Shown one piece after another: positions 23,220-35,161 of a DNA stretch of 64,000 nt. A program made the translations under genes and the position numbers. The number at the start of each line of letters is the position of its first letter. Position 1 is the first letter of the stretch. A model generated the notes under the pieces. The model was given only the letters and a program-made list of their open reading frames with translations. It did no database searches and had not been told where the DNA came from. Source of the DNA: Lobosporangium transversale (taxonomy: Eukaryota); the NCBI RefSeq assembly GCF_002105155.1, contig NW_019028979.1:744001-808000 (forward strand), given 5' to 3'.

Positions 23220-25146
23220 ACACGGGTTCAATATACCCATGTTTACTTGGCAGATCCCAAAAAGCTCTCAGGGGTAAAAAGAGTCTTTTTTTCGATTTCT
23301 AAGCATGGGAATATGTTTTTATGCGTCTTTAATTTTTTTTTTTTTTTTGCGCCTGCGTCTTTGCGAAATCCTTTCTCCGATTGCGCACATCCAATCAAGA
23401 GTATTACAAATATCGCATCATGTTGTGTATTCTGTAACAACGTGTCAAGAGACAAAACTTGTTTAACCAGATGTAAAGATACGAAAAAGAGAAAAAGTCA
23501 GAGGGTCTATTCATTTATCCACTTGCCCATTTATCCATTTATTCATTACAACTATTTTAGTTTTTAGTCATTCCCGAATATATATATAAAAAAAAAAAAA
23601 TACTCTCATCCTGATTAAAAGTAATGGAGAAAAGTAAAGAAAGAAAGAAAGAAAGAAATGAAAAAGAAAAATGTGTTGGGATAGCTTAACGCAATTAGCA
23701 ATAGCAATGGCAATAGTAATAGCAATACCAATAGCAATAGCAATGCAATGCAATGCAAGCTCATCAGAGATTATTGATAATATGGTTAATGGAATGTTTA
23801 TTAAAAAGAAAAAGAAAAGAAAATCAGTTCCTGCAGTCACCGCAGTCAAGGGACTTTTTTTTTTCTGTGCGCGATTTTGCAAATTGCAAAGTGAAGTGTG
23901 GCCACATGGCCCAATTCCTCTTTTCTGGTTAGTAGTACATGGAGCGATTAATCGGGCATTACGGAAAGGGCAGCTTAGTATAGACATAATATAATTGGGG
24001 CAAAAAAAAAAAAGAGAGACATTATTAATCATCCGTAACGCAATTAACTTTGATAAAGTCGTCTTTAGAAAGAAGACACAGACAAAAAAAATAAAATAAA
24101 ATAAAATTAAATAGAATAGAATATGAAAATGTCGCCATCACGAAAAATTAAAATAGTCAATCAACCATCCAATTTACATTTATATATTAATAATACCCGA
24201 TGTGTAATATGTAGAATTGTTAATCAATATATTAGACAATACAATATGTACACTTTGTCAACTGATCGTAATTACGGATAAAAAAAAAAGGGTGCATGTA
24301 GTCAGGACTAAAAAAAAAAAAAAAAAAAATCGATCATCACGACATGGTTACAATGAACAATGAAATGTCCACGCGAAATATACACAAAAGGAAAAAAGGA
24401 ACAAAAGGATGCTTGTTACAGTGTTACACGTTTTTTTTATTTTTGTCATGGCAATGATGTGATTGCCAAGCCCGTGGCAAAAAATCACGTCCGCATGAAT
24501 CAAACATCGTCATGCCATGTGGATTGTACCCCTCTCTCGGCTTTCTACCCTCTTCTGGGTAACAAAAAGGAAAAAGGATATCCATCAGGGTCTCAATTCT
24601 TCCGGTGACATGTTTTTCCATGCGCATTTTTTTTTTTTTTTTTTTTTTTTTTGGGTAATTTCTCCGTATCATGCAGTTGCGTCAATTGTTGGACAAAAAA
24701 AGATGATACATCGATTCGATATTTGTACAAATATATTCTATACATCAATTTTGTAAATAAAAGAAAAAAGATGAAAGGATGGTGAATTTATTTAACATGT
24801 CAAAAAAAGGTAATATGTTGAGAGGCCTTTTCAGTTGGCGGTCGATTGTTCAGACCAGAAGATCCATTATAATTGACCACAACAGACAATTGTCCTTGAC
24901 GCACCCCCTTCACTTTTTTTTTTTTTTTTTTTTTTTTGTTTTGTTTATTTGTTTACTTTTTTATCAAAAGCTTGTGCTCCTTCAGTCTCTCTTTCCTATC
25001 TCCCCTCACTCCATCATCGTTTCCATAAACAGAAATGGTTACCGGGAAACACTAACGTAACGATTAAAGCCATATTCAATGTCATTGTGCGTGGAAAAAG
25101 CTGTTGGCAGGAGAAAGAGAACGCGTATCAATCAAAAGGGGAAAGA

Positions 25147-25181
<35 letters not shown>

Positions 25182-25984
25182 AAAGGGAGTAAGCATTATA
25201 CTGGGAATAGGGATGGAGATAGAGATAGACATGGGGATAGGAGTTGAAGATAGAAAATAGGATATAGGAAATAAGAAATAAGAATAGGAGTAAAAAAAAA
25301 ATTGATAAACTTACTCTGTTAGCCCAGCTGCAACGATATGTAATGGCAAAAGGGGCCAGGGTCACCCTGCGTTTCTTTTCTTTTTTCTTTTTTAAAAAAG
25401 AAAAAAGAAAAAAAAGAAAAATAATAAAAAAAAAGGACCATGGAGTAGATAGCATCAAAGTATAAGGAGGTACCCGAGCAGCCTAGCTATCATCGTCATC
25501 GTCATCAGCATCTTCACCATGATGGCTATTTAGTCATCAGGCATTATCGTGTTCCCCAAACCCCACCCCTGAGTTCCTTAGCGTCAACTGTTGGCATACA
25601 TGGTCCCTTCACATCTCCCATTCTGTCTGACACTAAAAAAAAAAAACAACAACAACAACAACAACAACGGCAGTAACAACAACAACAGTGCGTCGTTGCA
25701 TTTACACTAGGGTCGTCCGACTACCTGCTCATTATGTCAACTTTTTGTGCAGGGACCCACATTCCCTTCCCGCGTCTTTTCTTCCTGTTATTTAAATATA
25801 ATCATATAATGTTTAGACATTTCTACAGTGTAATATTTAGCAGTATATAAACAATACACCATCATTCTGTTTAATAACTTTTATTACCCTCTTTTATTTT
25901 TTTTTATTTTTTTTTTTGTTCAGGGCTCCCAGGCTAGAACAGTTCTGAAATCTCTTCATCCTGTAACTGATTTTTTCAATTACA

Positions 25985-26016
<32 letters not shown>

Positions 26017-26138
26017 CGAACCGTACGCGTAAATGCATATATAACATAACACAAAAACTTCCGCTCCATCTCTCTTTGCTGCTGATGTTTCACTTTTCAA
26101 TTGCTCTATATTGTGATTATAAAGAGAAAAGGAAATCG

Positions 26139-26185
26139 ACAGATTCAGCAGATTCAGCAGATTCAACAGATTCATTAGATTCAGA
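26139..26185. repeat. 9-bp tandem repeat (CAGATTCAG-like, about 5 copies)
   Basis: cagattcag cagattcag cagattcaa cagattcat tagattcag. Confidence 0.8.
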
Positions 26186-26245
26186 AAGAAAGAAAGAAAA
26201 AACTCCCCGATAAGACAATTTAATGAAGTTTCAGGAATAGACGCG

Positions 26246-26288
<43 letters not shown>

Positions 26289-29025
26289 ATTATTTATCTT
26301 ATTGTCACGATAGCACAATTCTTTTTTTTGAGATGCAGATGGACCCCGATGATGGACCCTAGTCATTTAATTTTTTTTTTTTTTTTTTTTAATATTCGCG
26401 TAATATTACGGGTGCAAGTTGGTGTTGATGCGCCTTTTTTAAAAAAAAAATAAAAAAAATTTCTACTATTATTAACATGCAAGCAAGGTACTTTGATGCA
26501 ATGTAATGCAGTGCTGTTCGGCATTGATGTCCCTGTTGCTGTCACCATTGCTGTTGCTGTGTGTCGTTGAATTTTTTTTTTTTTTTTTTTTTGTTATCTT
26601 TCTAGGCTTCTAGAACATTAAGGAAATATAAATAAAGCTTTTTTTTTTTTTTTTTTTTTTGAAGATCTTTGTCTGGACCAAAAAAAGAAAGAGAGCAATC
26701 TAAATAGCTAACCGGTGTGTGAAGGGAGAGAGAGAGAGAGAGAGAGAGAATGAATGTGTGGTAACAGTAGTATGAAGAATAAAATCAGGGGTTAAAAAAA
26801 AAAAAAAAAAAAAAAAAAAGACCGATGTGAGCGTAAGAGCGGAAAAAAAAATAAAGTGTAGTTTGAACTGTACCTTAACCGACTGTGCGTCAAACTAAAA
26901 AAGCCAATCAAGAGCGCGTTGCTGTGCGGATTGAAGAAAAAAAAAAAAAAATAACAATCTGTACCAACATTGTCCACAACGACGACAGCACCAATAAGAA
27001 CAGCAATGGAAAAAATAAAATAGCATAAAAATAAAATGCAAAGCGCCATAAATGATAAACAACAGGTGCCGAGGAAGAGGAAGAAGAAGAAGAAGAAAAA
27101 AAAAAAAAGAGGGGTTAAAGAATTGACAAAAAAAATGATCACATTTGACATTAGCTAATACGTCTCGACTCTGTCAAAGAAGACCTGGCTTCATCTTCAT
27201 CCATATCTCCTCTCCCTCACTAAAAAGCCACCCCGTGGGGACAAGTGTATTGGTTCCTCGTTGGTTTTGATGCTGGTGTTGACATCAATATTGAAATAGA
27301 AATAGGATATTGAATGCTGATGCTGATGCAATTGACGCGCGGTTCATGTTGATGTTGTCTATATTTTTATTATCCTCATTCTTATTGGTACAGTTCTTTC
27401 TTTTTTATTTTTTCCTATTAGCCTCTCATTAATCAATTGACCTTAATGAGCTCTATCAGCAAGTTCCCAGTTATAGACTACTGTTGATATGGCATACAAC
27501 CCAAATGTTGAATATAATCAATATGTGGAGATAACCAAACGCGCTGTTTCAATAATATAAAAAAAAAAAAAAAAAAAAAAAAGAGAGATGGTCTGATCTT
27601 TTGTTTTGTTTGCTCTGGGCTTCAAAAAAAAAACACAATGACCAACTTTTTTATTTAATTCCCCACAACGCTAAAAAAAAAAAAAAAAAAATAAGACACA
27701 ATATATTTATTGGCTAAATAACATTACTCACACGGTCCTGTCATGTAGTCCCTAATTGACCCAGTTAGTTCTAGGCAGCCAAAAATTGGGAGAGGGGCTA
27801 CCAGAAAGGTTGCTCTGGACCCAACTGACCTACATTTTATTATCCTCTATTCCGCTTTTTTCTTGTGCAACGAGAGCTTCGTAGTTTCGTGGAGAAAGGA
27901 GGAAAGGAGAATTTTTTTTTACATTCACCCCACAAGACGTGACCACATTGGCCCTGTACCTCTCACTCAACGGCTCTCTATTTTACATTAATGAATGAGA
28001 CACAGCATGACTGGGAGTGATGATAAAAAAATAAAAAAATAAAAAAAAAGAGTGTTGGTTCTGTATAGATTGAGATGGCACATGCATGGACATGAGTTAA
28101 CACGAGATAGAGATTGAGAGAGAAGGAAAAAAGAAGCTAGATGGGAGATAACGGTATCCCCGTATTCCATCATTTTGTAAGCAAAAAGGATATTATTACT
28201 TTAGGGAAGGGGGTTTGGGAGAGGAGGGGGCCTTACGTGAATTTGTAACAGCTATTGTAGGCTACTACACATGCAGACTAGACTATTGTAGAAATATCAC
28301 ACACAGAGAATGTTAAAGGGCTCTTTCTTCTTTCTTCTCTCTCTTTTTTTTTTTTTAAAAAAAAGAGGGCGTGGGATGAATGAGTGAATCCAAACAACAA
28401 CAAATAACAAACAGCAGAAAGAGAAAGAGAGAGAAAAAAGCTCTGGGGCTGTTTGGCTGTAAACGAAATAGATGATCTTTTTTTTTTAATGTTGCAGTTG
28501 AAAATTCATGCAAAAACTCATCTTATGAATAAGAGGATTAAAGAGAAAAACTCTATACATGAAGATCATCAGAGCAAAATAATCCCATTAAGTTCTACGA
28601 GTATCAGGTCCTTTACATGTTTAAAGATCCTTTAACAGTACTATCAGTTTTCTTCATCTGATGCATGTCGTGACCACTGCTCTCGTTTTTTTTTTTTCCT
28701 GTCGGTTCATCGGTTCACAAGCATATTCGCCTATCATTAACGTTAACGTTAACGTTTACATTCATTAACATTAACACTATTTGTGCAGCAGTTCTAGTGT
28801 TCTAGTATTTACCATGGCTTTAGAAAAAGAAAGAAGAAAAAAGAAAAAAGATTAGAACGAGAGAGAGGGTCCTTCGTTTGACAATGAATGGTAGGGGGCC
28901 TTTGATTCAGCTTTTCTCGAAAACCTTTTTTTTCTTTTTTTTTTCTTTTTTTTTCTATTTTTTTCCAATATTCCTATTTTCACCCCACGACAAAAGGAAG
29001 GCCAGGAGAAAGGCCAAATCAGGGC

Positions 29026-29106
29026 TAAGTCAAAGTCAAAGACAAGGTCAAGGTCAAGGTCTAGATCCAGGTCAAGGTCTAGATCCAGGTCAAGGCCCAG
29101 GGTTAG
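29026..29106. repeat. Compound hexamer / 18-bp repeat (CAAGGT, CTAGAT, CCAGGT)
   Basis: Directly visible, including a duplicated CTAGATCCAGGTCAAGG unit. Confidence 0.8.
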
Positions 29107-29232
29107 ATGTTGTTTCTGTATTTGAGCATTGACCATGATCATCATAATGGTCAAGCCAAAAAGAATAAAAGCATAGGAGGTTACTATTAGCATTTTCCAA
29201 AGACATTGCTATCTAAAAGGACACATACTCCT

Positions 29233-29265
<33 letters not shown>

Positions 29266-29304
29266 CTTTTTCTCGCCAGGGACCCCATTGTATTATGGTA
29301 CTGG

Positions 29305-29335
<31 letters not shown>

Positions 29336-30515
29336 CTTGTTTTTCAATCCCGTGACCTCTAGCCAGTGTATGGATCATTGCCAACTACTTGGGTACCGGC
29401 AAAACATGAAGCTGTATATCCCTTACAAATATACCAATATTAATATAAATATATATATTTGTAAACATTCATGTATGAGATATGTGAATACTAGCTGTAT
29501 ATCATAACATATAGTAGCCTATCATAAAGAGCACCATCCTGTTTCAAGCTACTTTATAAGCTGCCCACTTTTCGGTTTCAATAGAAAAAGAAAGGGGGAC
29601 GTGTCAAGGTACGAATGATACATTTTTATATTCATATAGATATATAGTAATGGTACATTTCCTTTAGACATAATATAAATGTAATTGAGCCTGTTCATAC
29701 TTTACTATCTTGAGCAGGTATACTCTTCATGAGAACGTTAACTCTGTTTATGTTATTTAACTTGTCCTAATATAACATCGGTGTAGTTGAAGCAGGAAAA
29801 AAAAAACGTCTGTTCATCACGTTCAATGAACAACACATGTACACGAGTCCCTGTCACTGCCTTACGAATGCTTGATAGGTAATATTGACTCCTTTCTCTA
29901 CCCCCCTTCCTTCTCCTCCCATGACTGACATGCACAATGTTAGGGTATATTGTCATGCCATTGTCTGTGGGTTTAGTCTGTCGGTCAGTCAGCCCTTGAG
30001 TTAATGACATGTCATGCCTGTACCCATGCCTTGTCCGGTTTACAATAAACAAAAAACGAGCGGCTCAGTACATGTGCATCAAGCTCATCTCATCTCAAGG
30101 AAGCATGAATCACCAAAAAAAGAAAACATAGAGGGTAGGACAGAGGTATCCGTTTATTCAGTTACACCCTGAAACTCGGTTATTCCCTCTTTTCGACTTT
30201 TTATTAAAAGTATTGACGCGACGTTACTTTTTTATTATTATTTATTTATTATTATTATTGTTTACCTGTAGGTACCAATGCAGTTCATTGAGGAGAGAGG
30301 AAGAGTTAGAGAGAGAAGAGCTCTCATGCACCATTTTTTTTACTCCTATAGCGTTTCTCTCTCTATCTCTATCTCTCTTGCTCTCTATTTTTTCCTCAAC
30401 CTACACTGCCTACACCTACACACATACCCCCTTGCTCTTTCTTTCTTAGCCACGGAACAGGCTTTTTTTGTTGTTGTTTATTGAACCTCTCATTGCCCTC
30501 TCTCTTCTATTAGTA

Positions 30516-30550
<35 letters not shown>

Positions 30551-31954
30551 CGAGCATTTAGGGCAGAGTAATCGAGGGGTATTAAAAATAGTCGAATGGT
30601 GTAGCTAGGGGAGAAGGGAGGAAAGAGTGACCTAAATAGAAAAAAAGAAAAGAAGAGATTACAGATAGAGAGTCTGTGTGCGTGTTTGTAAGTACGTTAT
30701 ATGGATCAGTCGACTGGTCTGGTCTGGATGAATTATATACTAACTATGAGAGCCATATCCCTCTTCTTAAGTGGCGAGGATCACTTGGCGAAGACGAATG
30801 GCGAAGGCTACTGATGTGTCTGCACTAAATGCATTTGCATTAGGTGTGTGGTGCTTAGTCCATCTAAAATCCGGTTTCGGCAATCTATGTATAATACAAT
30901 TGGGAAAAAGAGAGTGTGTGTGGAGCAATTTTTTTTTTTTTGCCTCTGTCAATTATTAATTGACAGTTGTCAGAGCTACCGTGGTACGTAGTTTAATAAT
31001 AGTAAAATGTAACATTCAATTCCAATTAAAAAATTTTCCGGGTGCTTCACAGAAACAGTGCGGGATAACGGGCACACACACGACACAACATCTTGGAATG
31101 TGTACTGTTCACGTTGTCCTTCTACGCTGTTCTTTTGTATTCTGCCTTGCTTAACAAAAACAAAAAAAGAGGGGGGGGGGAGCCCTTGCGTTAGAATGAT
31201 AGATGTGGCTAAGAGAGATAGAGACGAATATGTAAAAACAGATATGTAATGTGAGAAAGGAAAGAATGTAATGTAATGTTTATGCGGTATTATTTCATTA
31301 ATACCAGTTTAACATCTATTCTTCTCCCACCACCACCTTCGTAGTATGACATGGCATAAACAATACATCTACTACATCTAAATTATATCCCTTCATTTGT
31401 GTACATTTTCTGGTACGAATGGAAAACGCAGGAGGAAGAGGAAATAGAGATAAGAGATGGAGATAAATAATAATGATAATAGTAGTAATAATAATAGTTA
31501 TAATTACGGTAATAAAGAGTAAAAATAAACAAGTGGTGTAGTCATTAGCCCCTCAGTAGACGATTTAAATCTATTCTACCCTGCCTGGCTTTATTTGCTG
31601 TCATTCATCTTGGTTAAAGACACTATAGAATGAGATAAAAAGAAACAAAAGAAAAAGGAGTAAAAAGAAAGAAAAGAAGGAAATACCAATCTCACAGCCC
31701 GAGGGAAAACCGGAAAGGGTCTTGAGTGAATTAACGGCCGTTGTTGTCGTTATGGTCGTGTTGTTTATTGTTTATTCTTCATTTTCCCTATCTGTTAAAA
31801 CGACACGTTGGAAAAAAAGCTGTAAATGGCTGTAGACGAGGCGACAATGTCTATATTTGTCATCGATGAGTTGTGGAGAAAAGAGGCGATGAGTTTATTC
31901 AATTGCTATTATTGTATATATATATATATTATTGCCAAGTAAACATACGCCGCA

Positions 31955-31996
<42 letters not shown>

Positions 31997-32035
31997 TTCG
32001 ATCACTCTTTTCTTTTCTTGGCCGCAGCAGCCCAG

Positions 32036-32071
<36 letters not shown>

Positions 32072-32569
32072 TTTTCTGTGTTGCGGCTGAGAGAAGTGCC
32101 GACTGTGAATGTTTTAATTGAGCTAAATAATAAATATTTTCTATTGTTGAGCTATTTCAACTTTATATTGATACAATAATAAACTTCATTTTTGTCGTTT
32201 TGCCCAGCAATTTTCTTCGACTCTTCTATTTCGCCGAGGAATTTCCTTGTCCCTCTTTGTCTTTCTGGGCAAACACAAAAGAAACACGTTGTATTTAATG
32301 CCGCGCCACTGTGAACACTGTTTTTCATCTTTTTTTTTTTTTTTTTTTCTTGTCGCGAAGAAAAAAGAATCGAAAAAGGGAAATAGTCGACTTGGCAGCC
32401 ATTGAGCCAAGTCGACGAAGATAAAGTCAAGCTTGGGTGTTTCTATTTCTTCTTTCTATCTCTCTAAACCATGTGACATTGCAAAGGTAAATGTGGCATG
32501 TTCAAAGGCTGTGACCATCCGGATAAAAATTTGTACTTATTGAATGAATTCTTTTTTTGGTAGCAGAGA

Positions 32570-33011
32570 GCGACGCGTCAATTGATGCGAGACTGTCTCA
32601 GATGGGATCAATTGAGACGATAGTCAATTGAGAGGCGTCAGAGTATGTTTTATATTGATAAAGTTTATTTTTAAAATACAGTATTGTAATTCAATAGGCC
32701 ATGCTCGATCAATGCTATTGAGTGTGATTCATTCTAATTCAATCCAGGTTTAAAATACGCAGAAGAATAAGAAAAAAGCGCTGCGGACAGACGGAACTTG
32801 GGCATCCGCACATCCGCATATCCGCACATAACTAAAACAATGGTCAGAGCAATTGAGTTATTCCTGAGTCAATCAAATCAATTCAAGTCAATCTAAAATC
32901 CATTCAATAATAATGCTATTCAATCCATTCAATCCTTTTTATTGTAATTGTATTGGAATATGTATAATACTCAACACTTTGTCGTTATCGTCCTTTGGAT
33001 TTGTATAAAAA
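32570..33011 (+). promoter_or_regulatory. Promoter of the receiver-domain gene: TCAAT/ATTGA motif cluster plus TATA box
   Basis: TCAATTGA palindromes at 32578, 32608 and 32624, many further TCAAT copies up to ~32935, and TATAAAA at 33004-33010 followed by a CT-rich leader. Confidence 0.55.
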
Positions 33012-33336
33012 GGGTCTGATGTCCCCCCCCAAGTTCACTCTTTTTTATTTCTCTTTTTCTTTTTTATCCCTCCTACTCTCTTTCATAAACGATCCTTAGT
33101 TCGTACAGCCTAGACCAACTTCTCCTTACTTAATTTGCTTCGCATTTCTCTCTCTCTCTCTCTCTCTCTCACTCTCTCTCACAATAATTCCTCTACCTCA
33201 CTCACAAACAAGTACTTTCACCATTCACTCCTCAAAGAAATACCACCACCTCTCTTCTTGCACCAGCCACTCCACGACCACTACCACCATAACCTCTACA
33301 AAAACTACCACAACTCTTCCACAATCCGAATCAACC

Positions 33337-33978
33337 ATGCTTTGTTCTGTTATCCGTAAAATGTGCTCAACAACATCGACTAGACTACTCCAAGAACAAC
33401 CACTTCAGAAATCCACATCGTATCTCAACAAGGCCTTCAACACCATGGCTTCTCCCATCACTCCTCCCAGCTCTCCTCCTTCTCCTGCTATGAGCATGGA
33501 AAGCATCAACGGCGACGAATTTGACGACCATGATTCTCAACAAACTCGCAAGATCAAGGTTATGATCATCGATGACAATGCCATCAACCTGTCCATTCTT
33601 TCGCGTCTCCTCAACAAGCACTTTGCTGATACTATCCAACTCACCTCTGTTCAGAGCTCAGGTCTCTCTGCTTTGAACCAACTCACAAAGGATGAGGTCG
33701 ACTTGATCCTCATGGACATCGATATGCCAGAACTCTCCGGTGTCGAGACCACAACTGCTATCCGTACCAACAACTCCCATACTGGACACTCGATCTTGGA
33801 GCAAAACAAGACTGTTCCTATTATCGCTGTAACCACCTCAGACGCTGAGGAGCAACGCGAACTCTACCGCAAAGTCGGCATGGCTGACTGTGTCTCCAAG
33901 CCTATTGCTGTCCCCAAGTTGCGCATGGCCATCGAAGAGGCTATGAAGGCAGTGCACACTGTCGCTACCACAGGATGA
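33337..33978 (+). CDS. Stand-alone two-component response regulator receiver (REC/CheY-like) protein
   Basis: Intronless ORF. KVMIIDDNAINL (acidic pair), DLILMDIDMPELSG (phospho-acceptor Asp), PIIAVTT (conserved Thr), GMADCVSKP (conserved Lys-Pro). In-frame alternative starts at 33361 and 33445 (ACCATGG). Confidence 0.93.
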   Translation: MLCSVIRKMCSTTSTRLLQEQPLQKSTSYLNKAFNTMASPITPPSSPPSPAMSMESINGDEFDDHDSQQTRKIKVMIIDDNAINLSILSRLLNKHFADTIQLTSVQSSGLSALNQLTKDEVDLILMDIDMPELSGVETTTAIRTNNSHTGHSILEQNKTVPIIAVTTSDAEEQRELYRKVGMADCVSKPIAVPKLRMAIEEAMKAVHTVATTG

Positions 33979-35129
33979 ACTTGATGGACCTCCTTTCCTT
34001 GTTCTTTTACATTCTTTTTAAAAAAAAGCCAAAAAAATTTGCTTTTCGTTGCAATTTTTTGTTATCACACCAACCAACAGTTCTCTCTCTCTCTCCTTGA
34101 GCCGTTCGCTATAACCAACCAAGTCTCGTTCCAACTACAACGAGGAAAAAAAAAAAAATTCCTCCCAACTGGTTCGATTGACTTCTCTCCCCTTGCGGAA
34201 ATTGAGCGACGCCTATCTTTTTTTTTCTTTTTTTTTTTTTATTTCTTTTCTCCTTTTCAAGAAACAAAAAAAATAATCCAAAAAGGACCCGTATCACATG
34301 CATGTTCATCTTTACTGCATGTTTCTTTCAAACCCTCCCATTTTGTGGTTGAGGACAATATTACTTTTGTAGTTTTCTTCTATTATATACCCGCGCAGTG
34401 TCTTCAATGACTTGGCCTGCTATCAATGGCTTTTACGAATAAAAATTATTTTATAAAAAAAAAACTTGTCTCCTATTTTAATTGACTATGTGTATGACTT
34501 ATGACTAATGACTAATTTGGCTTAAGAATGAGTGATCCACGACTCTTTACTTTTCAAAGTTTTTCTTTTTTTTTTTTTTTTTTTTTTTTTTTTGGCCAAA
34601 CGCGCCAGAACCCGTCCAATGATTGTCTTAATTGTTAACCATTTTTTCTTTTTCTCCTACTAATGAACCCAAACCAGGGTTGGTTCAATGGACCGTGTTG
34701 AAGGAAAAAAAAAAAAAAGAATAACGAGTTGTTCCAGAGGTCGAAAAAAATAAAAAAAGATTGACAAGATCGCCAAGTCTTGTTACAAGTCCAAAAAAAA
34801 ACGTTCAATTATGCATATTCAATCTTTATATTAGTTTGTCGGTGTTCAGCTCAAGCTCAGCCCTTGGCTGGTTATTATTATAATGTACAATAGCATCATT
34901 GCCTTTTTTGTTTTTTGTTTTTTTTATTTGACAGAGTTACCAACGGCGTCTGGGTAAAAAAAGGATGCTCTCCAACCATCAATGCTGTATCCATCCCGCT
35001 CTAAGCAAGCCTCCCTCTCCCCTTGATCTCTCTTGCATTTCCTTTATTTTTTCTCTTTTGCCTCCTCTCTTCCTGCACAACACGCATGTGTCTTGTGCAC
35101 TGTATGCAAATAAATAAAAATAAGCCATG

Positions 35130-35161
<32 letters not shown>

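Noticed and set aside
22985..29106. Short tandem repeats considered as CRISPR-like or telomeric arrays
   Set aside because: No unique spacers and no TTAGGG-type array; they are simple sequence repeats in eukaryotic DNA.
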